A stretch of 64,000 nucleotides of DNA, taken from contig NC_092677.1 in assembly GCF_964355755.1 (NCBI RefSeq), forward strand, positions 18,932,101 through 18,996,100, in the 5' to 3' direction. This DNA comes from Antedon mediterranea (lineage: Eukaryota > Animalia > Echinodermata). Position 1 is the first letter of the stretch; each line of letters starts with the position of its first letter. Shown in pieces: positions 50,657 to 64,000 of the stretch. Both the position numbers and the translations under genes were made by a program. The notes beneath the pieces are model-generated. The model searched no databases and had not been told where the DNA came from. It saw only the letters and a list, made by a program, of their open reading frames with translations.

Positions 50657-50745
50657 CAATAATAGTCCTCACTGCCAGTGTTCTTGTGTGGTACAAGAGA
50701 ATTAATGCCTAATAATCTGCTTGGTTGCTATTACAATTATTATTC

Positions 50746-51652
50746 TGTACAAGTGCACCCTTTTACTACACATACACCTACTGATGGTGCTGCTGCTGCA
50801 CACCTTCTACACAACATTGTACAAGTGCACCCTTTTACTACACATACACCTACTGATGGTGCTGCTGCTGCTGCTGCACACCTTCTACACAACATTGTAC
50901 AAGTGCACCCTTTTACTACACATACACCTACTGATGGTGCTGCTGCTGCACACCTTCTACACAATATTGTACAAGTGCACCCTTTTACTACACATACACC
51001 TACTGATGATGATGGTGCTGCACACCTTCTACACAACATTGTACAAGTGCACCCTTTTACTACACATACACCTACTGATGCTGCTGCTGCTGCTGCACAC
51101 CTTCTACACAATATTGTACAAGTGCACCCTTTTACTACACATACACCTACTGATGATGATGGTGCTGCACACCTTCTACACAACATTGTACAAGTGCACC
51201 CTTTTACTACACATACACCTACTGATGATGATGGTGCTGCTGCACACCTTCTACACAACATTGTACAAGTGCACCCTTTTACTACACATACACCTACTGA
51301 TGATGATGGTGCTGCTGCACACCTTCTACACAACATTGTACAAGTGCACCCTTTTACTACACATACACCTACTGATGATGATGGTGCTGCTGCTGCTGCA
51401 CACCTTCTACACAACATTGTCCAAGTGCACCCTTTTACTACACATACACCTACTGATGATGATGGTGCTGCTGCTGCTGCTCACCTTCTACACAACATTG
51501 TACAAGTGCACCCTTTTACTACACATACACCTACTGATGATGATGGTGCTGCTGCTGCACACCTTCTACACAACATTGTACAAGTGCACCCTTTTACTAC
51601 ACATACACCTACTGATGATGGTGCTGCTGCTGCACACCTTCTACACAACATT
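50746..51652. repeat. 72-81-bp minisatellite, 12 copies, with variable internal (TGA)n/(TGC)n
   Basis: TGTACAAGTGCACCCTTTTACTACACATACACCTAC(TGA)nTGG(TGC)nACACCTTCTACACAACAT. Confidence 0.95.
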
Positions 51653-54112
51653 TTCCACCATACAGTTTTGACACAGACCGACAGTTGCATTCTGGGTAAT
51701 AATGACTTATAACCAAGACCAGGGACAGGTTGCTATAAAATAATCTTAACTGATTATCAGATAAACAGTCTTTACTAATATGCTATAAAACAGTAAGCTA
51801 AGGCTGCGAACAGTAACAAATTGAGGGCTCACTTTACACATAGAATACCAAATAAGGCGATATTCGTCACGCTTGCTCAGTCCTCAATCATAAAATAGTA
51901 CGTATATTTCTGCGCAAAATCTATTTTCAATATAACATCATCGTTATTATGTGATCTATCACGGAAAACTTATTCAATGCGTGTTGTATTTCATGATCAT
52001 GATACCAAGGCTTAATAATATCCATAAAAACAGAGTTTTCGAGTGTAGACTTGAAGGTTAGACCGCGGTATAGCAATGGTGATTGTTATGGCATGACTAA
52101 GACCGTTCACCTCTCGCATTACATAATTACACGGTGTGTTCTGAAAAAGTTGACACAAAAATTATAATCTACAGAAAACATTTTCAGTTGGAATATAAGT
52201 TGTATCTGAAGTTTGTAACTATTATAAAGAGTATTTTTAACTATTACGAGTGTATAAAATAAATAAATTTAATTCATCCATACATTGAAGTCATAGTTCA
52301 ATCAATCGCACCGTTTTCAAACACCACCATTTTTCACCATCACAGCACCATAACAAATAGCTGAATTGTGGTTGGCTTAAAGTTAGAATTAAGATTTGAT
52401 TACGGTAAGGCTACTATGGAAAGCCAAACCCGCCAAAAATACATACTGTAATACATATACACCAATCAATAATTATTCATTCGTACAAAAATCAAAACAT
52501 CCATTCTTATCTCATGCAGTTCAATGAAAATCATTCACTTCACTGTATCCTACACCATCCACTACAGTGTGTGACCATCTACCACTAGCCCAAACGACTA
52601 CGCCAAACCATTTATTTATTTATTTATTCATTTATTTTATTTATTCATTTCCCAACCAACAGTGAGCTCATGGTTCACCACTTACAGGAGGGAACATAAA
52701 TAACATAAATCTAATCATAATAGTCTTTATTTACAGACACGTATCGCTCGACACATTATGTCTTTTCTTTTGTTTAATGTCGGGCGACAATTACAACTGA
52801 ATTGAAAAAACAGGAAATTTCAGGAGGCGCCAAAGTTATAACAATGGCGCCCATTACTTGGGTAATAATGTTCAGTTAGAGGTTCCACAACATTAGGCGC
52901 TATATAAATCCAGGATATTATTATTAATACTATATATACTGTCGTCTGTGACTTTTTTTTACTCCTTTTCTTTTCCTTTCGTTTTTTTTTTTTTTTTACA
53001 AATATGATATAATGAGGGAGGGGCGCCGGCTGGGTCCTGTCGACGTCCCTGGAAAAGCACTCTTTTCCGCCATGTGCAAACACTGACCAGCGCGTAGTGG
53101 TGCCCAGTTGCGACGAGGCCTATCGGGGAAAACGTCACCTTTTAATAGGCTAGTACCTCAGTTCATATTTAAAATATAAATTGTTAATACATTTATAATA
53201 ATTAACGTGAGTGCCATTTACGCCGACCATCTAGAGGTGTCATATTTTTTCAAATTGTTCACATACAACTCAGCCCCCCAAACATGGTGGGGTGGGGCTT
53301 AGTTGGTGTAATTATTTATTTATGCAGACAAGTTATTTACCAATGTGATTGGCGTCTGTGGTGTTGAAGTTCCGATCGAGGGCTATGTTGAAATTATTTT
53401 GTAAGTACTAAGCTATAACTTGTATATGCTGTGGGGAAACCACTACGTTAAACTAAAAAAAAAATCGCTTTTCCACAAGCATTGGATTGACAGTGGCATT
53501 GTCAGTATTAAAGACATTGTTAATAAGAACACTTTTTTCTATAACAAAAAAAAAACTGAACACATATGCTAATTTTAACACGAGGTATGATCGAACAATT
53601 GGTAATCTGAATACAAAAGTAATACGCATTGCCACAGCACAGGGCTATTTTGGAATGCGATTACATACAAATTTTACTTTACCTAATGATCTTGGAAAAG
53701 GTAGTTGCCCACTGATAATTAGTAATAAAAATTACTGGATACTTGAAGTTAATACTAATTACGACTCTTTCATTTCGGCCGGAACATGGTGTATAGACAT
53801 TGTTGGGCCCCTTAAAAACTTCAGAAAAAATACTGTTAAAATAAAAGAAAATATAGGAGAGCAATTAATCAAGTAAACTTATAATCGTCTGTAATAAAAA
53901 TTTAATTAACATAAAATGCAAATTTTACGAACGTGGTAAAATACAATGCAATAGAATCGGTCCGTTACCCACCGAAGCTAAAACAATCTTTGGACTGCTA
54001 TGGTTTATGGTTGTTGCACAAAACAACCATTATGACACCATATATACCCTTGCTTTATTATTTTATCTACCGTTATATATAAACAAAATAAGTAAAAAAA
54101 TAACAATAAAAA

Positions 54113-57100
54113 ATGTCTAATAATAATAATACGCTATCAATAGTTTCAATGAACTGTCGAGGTCTAGCAGAAAAATCAAAACGCAAAGATGTGTTACACT
54201 ATCTAAAGTAAAAAAAATACAATATTATCTGCCTCCAAGATGTACACTTCTCGGCAGAAACTGAGTCACTTGTTAGATTGGAGTGGGGCCTTGATTGTTT
54301 TTTTAGTTCATATCGTAGTAATGCAAGGGGAGTCGCAATCTTTTTCAATAATAACTTTCCCTACACTGTTACAAAGCATAAAAAAGATAATGATGGAAAT
54401 ATGTTAGCTTTGGAGGTAAAGGTTGATGATCTAAAATCTACGCTAATCTCAATTTATGGGCCCAACAACGACACCCCCGGTTTTTACGACAAAATGAGGG
54501 AAGTTGTTTTAGAATATGAAAACCCACATAATATCGTTTGCGGCGACTGGAACTGTATTTTGGACAAAAAATTAGACTGTAAAAATTATCTAAAACTTAA
54601 TAATCCAAAGGCAAGAGAAAAGATAATAAATATTTGTAGTGAATTTAATCTTACAGATGTTTGGCGTGTTTACAACCAAGAAGAACAAAAGTTTACCTGG
54701 AGACAAATTCAATAAACAAGCCAGGCTTGATTATTTCCTAATCTCATCTGAACTAAACAGCAAAATGCTGGATTGTAATATAAAACCAGGCTACCGAACC
54801 GATCACTCACTTGTAGATATTAAAATGACGATGAACCAGATAAAACACGGGCCAGGATACTGGAAATTTGACAATACCTTATTAAAAGATATTCAATACG
54901 TGCAACAAGTTAAAGAAACCATAAATAGAGTCCTAAAACAATATATAGTGCAAAACGAAAAAGATAATAAAGATGCTAATAAAGCGCTGTTTAGCATCAG
55001 TGATCAACTTCTTTTAGAAATGATATTAATGGAAATTAGAGCAAAAACAATTTCTTACGGGGCTTATAAGAAAAAGATTGAAAATAAAAAAGAAAAAGAA
55101 TTAGAAAGGGAAATAGAAAAAATAACACTTGATACCAATAAGGGCGACGCCACGTTAAACGATACACTAGAACTTAAGTCCGGCGAACTTATGAGTATCT
55201 TAACATGGAAAAGAAAAATTTTGTTGATAAAACTATAAATAAAATAGTAAAGGAAAGCAACAATAGTATTCTGCAAAACACAAATGAAATTCTTGTTGAG
55301 TCTAGACACTTTTATAAAAACCTTTATTCCTCAAACCACAATACAGATGATGAAAAAAATATTGTAAAACTTCTTAAAACTATGAATACATTACCAACAT
55401 TAACAAAAGAACAACAAAATAAAATTGAAGGGCCAATTACTTATAATGAACTTTTAGTGGCTCTTAAGAGGTCACAAAATGGAAAGTCACCTGGTATTGA
55501 CGGCTTTAGCTATGAGTTTTTTAAGTTCTTTTTTGCGGATTTAGTTTGCTATCTTTTGAGAGCTATTAACGAGTCGTATAACTCAGGTCAACTGTCAACT
55601 TCCCAAAAGTCAGGAATAATTACTTTACTCCCTAAGGGGGATAAACCCAGAGAGTATCTAAAAAACTGGAGACCTATTACCCTGTTAAGTGTCACTTATA
55701 AACTTGTTTCGTCATGCATTGCAGAACGAATAAAATCGGTCCTTGATATATTAATTAGTTAACAACAGAAAGGATTTATTAATGGGAGATATATAGGCGA
55801 AAATACAAGACTTATGTATGATGTTATTCAAATTTGTGAAAGGAAGAAAATTCCTGGTCTGCTTTTACTGATAGACTTTGAAAAAGCGTTCGACTGCATT
55901 TCTCACACATTTGTTAACTGCGTTCTTAAACATTTTAACTTCGGACAATCCATTCAAAAATGGGTGAAAGTACTATATAAAGATGCAAGATCCTCAGTTC
56001 TTGTCAATGGCTTTCTCTCCGAATCATTCTTAATCGAAAGAGGATGTAGACAAGGGGATGGGTTGAGTCCATACCTGTTTCTTCTGTGCGCAGAAATTTT
56101 ATCCTCAATGATATCTGAAAATAAACAAATTAAAGGAATATCAATTGCAAATCATGAGTATCGATTATCTCAGTATGCGGACGACACTGTATTGTTTCTT
56201 GACGGTAAAGAAAAGTCAATGCACGAAGCATTTAAGACTCTCGACGTATTTTCCAAAATTTCCGGGCTAAAAGTGAATGTGAACAAAACAAATGCTGTCT
56301 GGGTTGGCTCTTTTAAAGACCGAGGTGACTCAATATGCGAAAACTATAATATAAAATGGATCAAACATGGAGAACCCTTTGAATCATTGGGTATTCGGTT
56401 TAGTACAAATTTAAATAAAATGGTAGATTTGAACTATGAAGACGTATATAAATCAATAAAAAATACAATGAGACATTGGACAAAAAGAAACTTAACTGTT
56501 TTGGGAAGAATCACGGTAGTGAAGTCTTTATTACTGTCCAAACTTACCTATATCCTTTCGACATTACCCGATCCCCCTGAAAATGTAATAAAATCACTCA
56601 AGTCAGAACTATATCGTTTCATATGGAAAGGGGTGGATAGAATATCCAGAGATCAACTTATACAAGAAAATAAATTTGGAGGCTTACGAATGGTCGATAT
56701 AAACGCATATATTCAATCGGTAAAAATCACGTGGGTTAGACGGTTAGTAACGTCCAATGAGACGGGATGGGCTCTTTTAGTTCCACTCGTGTTGAATATT
56801 CATAAAACTTGGCTCATAGAAGGCGGATCATCGAAATTAATCAAATTAGCGAAGGTTAAGCCTTACAATGCATTTTGGCTGGATGTAATAAAGGCGTGGT
56901 GCGTATTTGTGAAACACAACACTCCTATGAGCACCGAGTCGATATGTAGACAAACACTCTGGATGAATGACAATATTAAAGTCGGCGGAGAAAGTATCTA
57001 TTATAAAAACTGGAGTAATCATGGGGTGAATTTTATAAATGATTTAGTTGATAGACATGGAATAACTCCATTAAAACAACTTAGTAAACGTCATAATCTT

Positions 57101-57857
57101 AACATCAACTTTCTTCAATATGAAGGCCTAATACATGCGGTCAGACAACATACGTCTTTATATCAAATTTTTCCAAAAGGAAAAATAAATAGCCCACTAC
57201 TACCTTTTAACCTTAGCGTAGTAATAAAAAATAAAAAAGGATCAAAGCTAATTTATAATACTCTAATCAACTCTAGAAAAAAACAATCGAAAGCTAAAAT
57301 TAAGTGGAAGAAGGCACTGGATACTTTATATGTTGATAAAGAGTGGGAAATTATTAATACCATGTTTTTCTCACTTACTATGTCCACACCACTAATCTGG
57401 TTTCAATATAAAATTGTGCATAGAATTTTAGGTAATAACTCCTTTTTGTATAAAATTGGGAAAATTGACTCACCTTTATGTGCTTTATGTAAAGCAGAAA
57501 CAGAAACCTTAACACATATTTTTGCACAATGCTGTGAAATTAAAATATTTTGGAGAAAGATTAAACAATGGTTGAAATCATATTTTAATATAAATGTAAT
57601 TATCAACCCCGAATTATGCCTTTTTGGAGTTAGAAAAAAAAACATTTAAAGCCCTAAATACTATTTTACTAATTTGTCGACACTACATATATAGCTGTAA
57701 AATGAGAAAAATTAAGCCTAATATTGCTCGATTCGTGAATGAGATTAAGTTACACGTTAAACAAGAAGAATTTATTTTGAAAACTAAAGGGGAGCATCAT
57801 ACTTACTTAAACAAATGGAGTCCTTTCTTGGAAAAACATGAACTTATTGACTGGTAA
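54113..57857 (+). pseudogene. disrupted L1/Tx1 ORF2
   Basis: Stops or frameshifts near 54208, 54710, 55205, 55760 and 57640 split ORF2 into the listed ORFs. Confidence 0.85.
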
Positions 57858-57928
57858 CTTGTTATCACGACTTGATGCTGTGTTATACGTTGGTGTTGTA
57901 TAACTTGAGGTACTATTATTTGTTCGTT
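54113..57928 (+). mobile_element. decayed L1/Tx1-clade LINE (ORF2 region)
   Basis: MSNNNNTLSIVSMNCRGL APE start, then fragments with GDWN, RLDYFLIS, SPGIDG, NWRPITLL, DFEKAFD, GCRQGDGLSP, QYADD and a CCHC zinc knuckle (CALC..HIFAQC); no poly(A) tail; 5' boundary may extend upstream. Confidence 0.9.
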
Positions 57929-58167
57929 GTTGGATTGGTGTTGTGAATTATTACATTATTACTTATTGTTATAATTGTCTGTTAGATACAGTGGTTGTTA
58001 TTTGTTATTCATATTTTTCAGGGCTTGAATTCCTGTACTTGAAATGATTTAGGCCTATGTAATGATTTGACGCTGAAGTACAATATATACGAAACTAATA
58101 AATCGGACTGAAGGAAAGAAAAAACCAAGTGTATAATTCTCCTCTTTATTTGTTCGGAACCACGACA
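57929..58167 (+). mobile_element. 3' half of a second LTR copy, inverted relative to 61004-61236
   Basis: About 240 bp near-identical reverse complement of 61004-61236; ends CACGACA followed by TTAA. Confidence 0.8.
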
Positions 58168-58354
58168 TTAAGCCTGGTTTGCTGTCGGCAAAATGCACAA
58201 TGCATACATTGTGTTACGACTCCACGACTATTACGCAAAGTTCGCCCAAACAAAAACGTCAGAATCCACCGTTTGGACATTTACTTTGCGAGCGACAAAG
58301 TAAAGGGCGATATCAACAGGCTTACGTCGTGTACGATAGGTTGAATTTTTGACC

Positions 58355-58545
58355 AAAACTGTACAATCTTCGAGCCATTCCCGCAACGTAACATCCCCAG
58401 GGGATTTTGGACGACCCCCTAAATTTAGCCAACTTAATAGGAGGAGGAACTTTTTGAACACCCACACCTTTCAACACATCAGTAAGCGCAGCAATCATAC
58501 TATTAATTCCTGTGGTCTCAGTATCGGTTTCTCAGCTTTCGCCAT
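58355..58545 (-). pseudogene. frameshifted gag N-terminus of the same LTR element
   Basis: MIAALTDVLKGVGVQKVPPPIKLAKF/GRPKSPGDVTLREWLED resembles the Gypsy/PNMA gag KLxxFxG...EWLE pattern; collinear with the PBS once two nested insertions are removed. Confidence 0.55.
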
Positions 58546-58617
58546 ATTAATATACACAGATGATATAACGAGTTTAAATCGAGAATATACGAACAACGAT
58601 CATTCATAAACTATTAA

Positions 58618-59253
58618 GGGGCGCTACTGCACTTTCGCACCACACTGTTAAATCTTCGATTTATCGCTTAATTTTTGTTCTAACACCCACATCATACAAT
58701 TTTGGGCCATTATGTAACATGTTCCGCGAATACCTCGATCGAACTGTGGCCATTTTAAAATCAGAAAATGGCCAGAAATCAATGTATGTTTTATTTTCTG
58801 TTTTTATTTTTAAACTGCAAATAGTGGTTTTTATAAAGAACCAGCTACCTGTACATATCAAAACGGCGACGATATGAGTCTGTACATAAAACATTGTACA
58901 TAAAACATTGATAGGACCTATTAATATGAATAATAATATTAATATTAATAATGAAATATTAATTAAACCTCTTTTTCGCCAGCTGAAAATATTTCTATAG
59001 CCTCTATAGTTTCTATATTTTTTGGGGAAAATGAAGCGTACATTCTGGCAATTAAGTGATAAATATAAGATGGCATCGAGTTCAGTATTGTTTAAAATGT
59101 TTTGAAAAGTATTGTTATTTAAAAAAAATTACTTCGTAAGTGGTCGAATCTTATAAACATGTTACATAATATTATGTTGTGAGTGTGAAAAAGAAAAATT
59201 TAGGTGAGAAATCGAAGATATAACGGTGTGGTGCGAAACTGCAGTAGCGCCCT
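58618..59253. mobile_element. MITE with long imperfect TIRs, TTAA target (Kolobok-like)
   Basis: TTAA|GGGGCGCTACTGCACTTTCGCACCACACTGTTA versus TAACGGTGTGGTGCGAAACTGCAGTAGCGCCC; inverted similarity extends roughly 80 bp inward. Confidence 0.75.
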
Positions 59254-59264
59254 ATAAGGTACTA

Positions 59265-60724
59265 TCTATATATAAATTTACGTAAGGGCAAAATTCGGTA
59301 AATCGCGCGTAATTTCTAGAATGTTTACTCGATGGTATATAAAGTTGGTTCGTACTTTCGGTACTGATTTTAACCGCCTGATGTAACCCTGTTTGGTAAT
59401 TAAATTGAGTTCGATAATTAGTTATTGACGATTAAAACGAATTTAGGTTCAACGATTTGCCCCAAATAGGGGTGTTTTCCGATCGTGGTATACACTGTCT
59501 AATGTATGTCCGTCTTGAAAAATACCCGCAGACAATAATACGAGGATGCTTCGCATTTTCCTATCTCCTCCTACGATAATTGTTTTTAATGGCTGAAAAC
59601 CGGTTTAACAGCTCGAGTACAGCATCATAATGTTGAAGACAGGCCGATTTTCTTTAAAAATACTATTTTGATAGATTTAATATACGTTTATTCAAATGTA
59701 TTGATTTGAAATAAATGGAACATTCCAATCTCTGTTCAACAAGTGTCTATTCCTTCAGGTGTCGTAAAGGCAAGTACTGTATAGGCCTACTCATAACAGA
59801 AATTTGATCCATTTTTTTTTCAATCTGTGCTGCAGAGGTCGGATATAGATTTTTTTAAACGGATAATGAGCTAGCGTTTTCAGTCGCCGTATATTATGTA
59901 CAAATCTTTATTATTGCAGTTAAACCACCCACGTGACATCATCACCCTTCCCTCACTACACTGGCATGAGTAGCGTTGTAAAGCCAGTAGAAGATAGGCC
60001 TACGGTGCACCACATGCCCTAAACGCAGAACAACTTTGGTGGGTAGGGTAGGAACCAACTTAAATATGAATTGGCTCTAAGAAACAATTGAAAACCATTA
60101 GGCCTACTAATTAAGTTGAGTTAGATAATTTAATACTTATTGACGATTAAATCGAATTTATGATTTGCCACGAATAGAGGTACGTGGTTTTCACAAATTG
60201 TTTTACATTATATAAACATATACACGTCGTAGTGATGTATCGTTACATGTACTGTACTATTTCAATCGACTAGGGCGGTGATAGTTTCAACAAAGTATTA
60301 CATCGCAATGTTTTACTGTGTTTAGTGGTATATTATTTGTAAAACATGAAAACAATTACTATTTCGTTACTACATGGATAAAGAATATATTTAAAAATTG
60401 TTCCTCTTTGCACCCATCCTCTTTCCTATCCCTCAACCCTAATGTTACATACAAAACACAAATTAAGTTTGGTTAAATTTGACTTAAACAATTGGTCTCA
60501 TTTTGTGACAAGTTTCTCTTTCGGAAGTAATTCCCAGGGTGCTAATTTTAGTTCAGTACATAAATCACAGTGTCTATTTATTCGTTCCTGTAAACGACAT
60601 GTATTATTGTCCTGCGGTACGTACATTTGAAATCGCATTTTTAACGCTGAAATTATTATGTATTCGAGAACCATCTGTGGGCACGACCTAGATGGTACGC
60701 GAGCGAAGCGAGCGTACCATCTAG
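59265..60724 (+). mobile_element. non-autonomous Helitron
   Basis: A|TCTATATATA 5' end; 3' hairpin CTAGATGGTACGC...GCGTACCATCTAG ending in CTAG|T; inserted between A and T with no TSD. Confidence 0.8.
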
Positions 60725-61003
60725 TATAAACAATTGATCACAGATAACATAACAATATATTTTAACAGGTCCACACTTGTCAATGATTATAATTCCAAGC
60801 AAGAGTATTGTATGTCACACCAATTATTAGAATTATCAATTTAAATTAAATGGTCAACTTCCCAAATGTTAAATTTTAATCAACACATTCATAAGTATCA
60901 ATGTTCTTATCTTCTTATCTGAATTCATAACTTGAGAGCCTAAATTTCGGTAACTGGTCCTCTTCGATCTTGATGCTTGGTACCCTGCTCGCAGCGCCAA
61001 GTT

Positions 61004-61570
61004 TGTCGTGGTTCCGAACAAATAAAGAGGCGAATACACTTGGTTTCTTTCCTTCAGTCCGATTTATTAGTTTCGTATATATTGTACTTCAGCGTCAAAT
61101 CATTACATAGGCCTAAATCATTTCAAGTACAGTAATTCAAGCCCTGCAAAATATGAATAACAAATAACAACCACTGTATCTAACAGACAATTATAACAAT
61201 AAGTAGTAATGTAATAATTCACAACACCAATCCAACTCCTGATTGTTATACTTCCGATCGAGCAAAACTAAGATAAATATTGTAAATGCAAGTTTCATTA
61301 ATTGTAAGCATGATTAGGGCCTATAGTTAACATATGGTAAATCAGTTGCTTATACATATACAAGTTAAGCTTAGTACTTACAAAATAAGAACATAGTAAG
61401 AGCTTAAACAAACTCTCAAACAAAACTGTAAAATAGCGAGAGCCTGAAAAACAACGAACAAAAGACCCGCTCTGCTTACGCACGGTCCTTTATCACACAA
61501 TGTCACCTGTATTCCAATTACAGAATGACTACGCAGCGCTCTCAATACACAATTAATCCAATTCATCACA
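61004..61570 (-). mobile_element. 5' LTR of a Gypsy-like LTR retrotransposon
   Basis: Minus strand TGTGATG...CACGACA termini, followed by AACT and a PBS TGGCGCTGCGAGCAGGGT (60999-60982), resembling the complement of a tRNA-Ser 3' end; flanked by TTAA. Confidence 0.75.
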
Positions 61571-62136
61571 TTAATCTGCAGACGTGCAAGCTACACAGTC
61601 GGTGCGGGTCTTTTCTCTCTCTCTCTCTCTCTCTCAAACTACCACAAGACCAAACTAAGATGACGAAAACATTTAAAGTTGGTAAGTGTATGTTTTATCT
61701 TTACATTATTGTGTATATATTATGCACGTATACTTACATACTAATTATTGAATTGAATGGCAATTTGATTGAATAGGCTTGCTAAACCAGGTGGAAATTA
61801 TGATACAAATTTATTCACACTTTCACAAAATGAGTTCGCTTATAATTTGACAAGAAAAAAGGCTTTTACATTATAAAACACTAACAATTACCGGTGGCCT
61901 AAATCTCCAATGAACACTATGTTGAACGCCACTGTCATCGAATGTTAGTGACGCACGTTGCGAAGAATTAGGCCTACTTTGGAACAATAATGTAATAACT
62001 TTTTTAATAACGGCACATACTTCGATACGAAAAACTAAACTTAAACTAAAGTAGGTGTACATTTACACATGATAGCGTATTAACACGGTTCAAAATGGTC
62101 TAATGAACTTAACCTTACGTGGTTAGTTTTATTATC

Positions 62137-63171
62137 TTTTTGGTTATCCGCTCTTGGCGGATAACCCCTTGTTATTGTCAGGATCTTTTGACTTTAGAGT
62201 CGCGCAGCGTAAGTTACGCGCGATTTTGTTAATTTTGCGTATTTAACATAGATTGAAAACCAAAAAGCAATTTTAATTGAAACTTGGCAAAAGTGTAATT
62301 TATATCATGCGCTAACTTTCTATGGATTTAAAATGGCAGTTTTCAAAATGCGAAAATTCATTTTCTAATCAACTTTCTACGCGTTTCAGGTCATTTTGAG
62401 CATTTCAAAAATTCCCACGCGTGCGCAATTTTTTTACGCGCGCGTGCGCACGTAGCGCAAAAACATCTTTTTTTTGCTTGATTTTTGTTTTTCCTATCTT
62501 TTTTAGTAAATTTACCAACTTTCAAACAATTTCGACTTAAAATCACCTCATACGAGCACGTAGAATTGAACAATTTGCGCGCGTTTTTGATGAAAAAGTT
62601 CAAAAATTCATGAAAATTATGCCTTTTTTAAAACAGTCATAGATTGTAAACTACGAGGTGAACTTTTTTTAAATTACACATTCTGGAAGTTGATGAGTTG
62701 CAGATATCGAATCATGCATCGATATGGCTAACAGGACATAGTGACGTCATCGTATGGCCACTCAAATATAAAATATAGGATTTTTGTCTCTTTCGTCATA
62801 GCTCATCACATTTAATAGAGCGCATCTCCACTTATCCTAATTCCATTTCCCCCCATTTTTTTATATTGTCTATGCCAATCAATTATCTTTCGCATGATAT
62901 ACCGTTTTTAAAATTGTGATGACGTCATCATGTCCAAAAGCGTCAATAACTTGGGCCACTTATTTTCACATATTCTTCACTGTATGTAGTACGTATACAA
63001 TATATAGTGTATACTGTGTATACTTAGACGTGACGTAAAATAGAGAGCGCACTAACATTTTTTCAATGGCATAATGGTTTTCTCTGCGCAATATTCTAAC
63101 GTATGACGTGCACGTGGCGTTTGCTCTGCGGATAACCTAACTCGTCCGTAGTGACGAGTTCAAATCTAGTT
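62137..63171 (+). mobile_element. Helentron-associated non-autonomous element (HINE)
   Basis: 5' TTTTT GGTTATCCGC-tcttg-GCGGATAACC palindrome; 3' GCGGATAACC, hairpin AACTCGTC..GACGAGTT, then CTAGTT. Confidence 0.75.
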
Positions 63172-63258
63172 ATGGTTAGTATTGCAGATATAATTATAAT
63201 GTAAACATCTACGTTCAAATTGGAATTCTGTAATATGTGTCAATTTAGTTGTCCATGT

Positions 63259-63361
63259 CAGGGGCGGATCCAGGATTTTGTGAAAGGCAACTGTAGAGAG
63301 TCCAGGCGATTTTGAAAATATGACACCCGCTTAGCTAGATGGTCGGAAATGGTACTCTCAC
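63259..63361 (+). mobile_element. truncated hAT-like end
   Basis: CAGGGGCGGATCCAGG terminus; shares ATGACACCC...GTCGGAAATGGTACTCTC with ~24401-24435. Confidence 0.5.
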
Positions 63362-63382
63362 GTTATTATAAATTAAATGTAG

Positions 63383-64000
63383 AACAAGAAATATTTCTTA
63401 CAAAAAACGCCGCGTAACTTTTTGACTGGACAGTTGTAAGAACAGTCTTCATTAATCTAATATAATAGGTCGGCCAATCAAAACGCAAGTGAACAATTGG
63501 GACTTTACTTGTGATTTATGTCATTGGCCTGTCAGCACAGTCGTTTCTTTCTAGAATTAAACGCACAAACTTGTATTGGGAATAATGTATGTGGTTATTA
63601 CTATCGCATTTAGGTATTGATAATAATAATAATATGGCTTTTGAATATATAATTACTGTCTGTAGAATAACATTTATACATTTTTGGTTCGCGATGAAAA
63701 GTTATATGAATGGATTTGTAATAGGTATTTATAATAATAGTATATGGGTTGTATTATTGCTAAGCTATCACCAAATCGCGTTATAACATTATTTCTCATG
63801 GTTTTTTGCACCATTGATCAATACCAAACGCGTATCGGTATTATAGTTTTTAATGAATCATTACATTAATAAAAATTCCCAATTAAATCAATCGCGTCAG
63901 TCCAATTCCGACTTATGTTTCGATCACATAGTTCTGTGTCTACACTGTCCCAACTAGTTTAACAAAAAAAGTGTGATGTGCCCAAATATGGTAGTGATAT
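63383..64000 (-). repeat. dispersed repeat, copy 2, runs off the window end
   Basis: Reverse complement of 6311-6934 with few substitutions or indels. Confidence 0.88.

Noticed and set aside
53487-53876. 129-aa ORF upstream of L1 ORF2
   Set aside because: Non-ATG start and no recognisable ORF1 motifs; probably spacer or UTR sequence.

Overview
AT-rich, intron-containing eukaryotic DNA. The repeat landscape suggests a marine invertebrate animal, but the species cannot be fixed from sequence. There are three spliced genes. (1) ATP6V0D1, V-ATPase V0 subunit d: minus strand, 7 coding exons, 36545-30220, 350 aa. (2) AHCY, S-adenosylhomocysteine hydrolase: plus strand, 8 coding exons, 37898-49927, 431 aa, head-to-head with ATP6V0D1 across about 1.35 kb. 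(3) A membrane protein of the CPBP/Abi (CAAX-protease) family: minus strand, about 20974-15108, with a bacterial-type motif layout and degenerate catalytic motifs. The rest is mostly repeats: a CR1-like LINE with intact ORF2, a decayed L1/Tx1, a rearranged Gypsy-like LTR element with nested insertions, Helitron and Helentron (HINE) elements, several TIR MITE families, SINEs, and four large minisatellites. The most striking observation is a roughly 124-copy 22-bp array that is a tandem amplification of the ATP6V0D1 exon 6 end plus its 5' splice donor and fills almost the whole last intron. All calls come from manual reading; no alignments or database searches were run.
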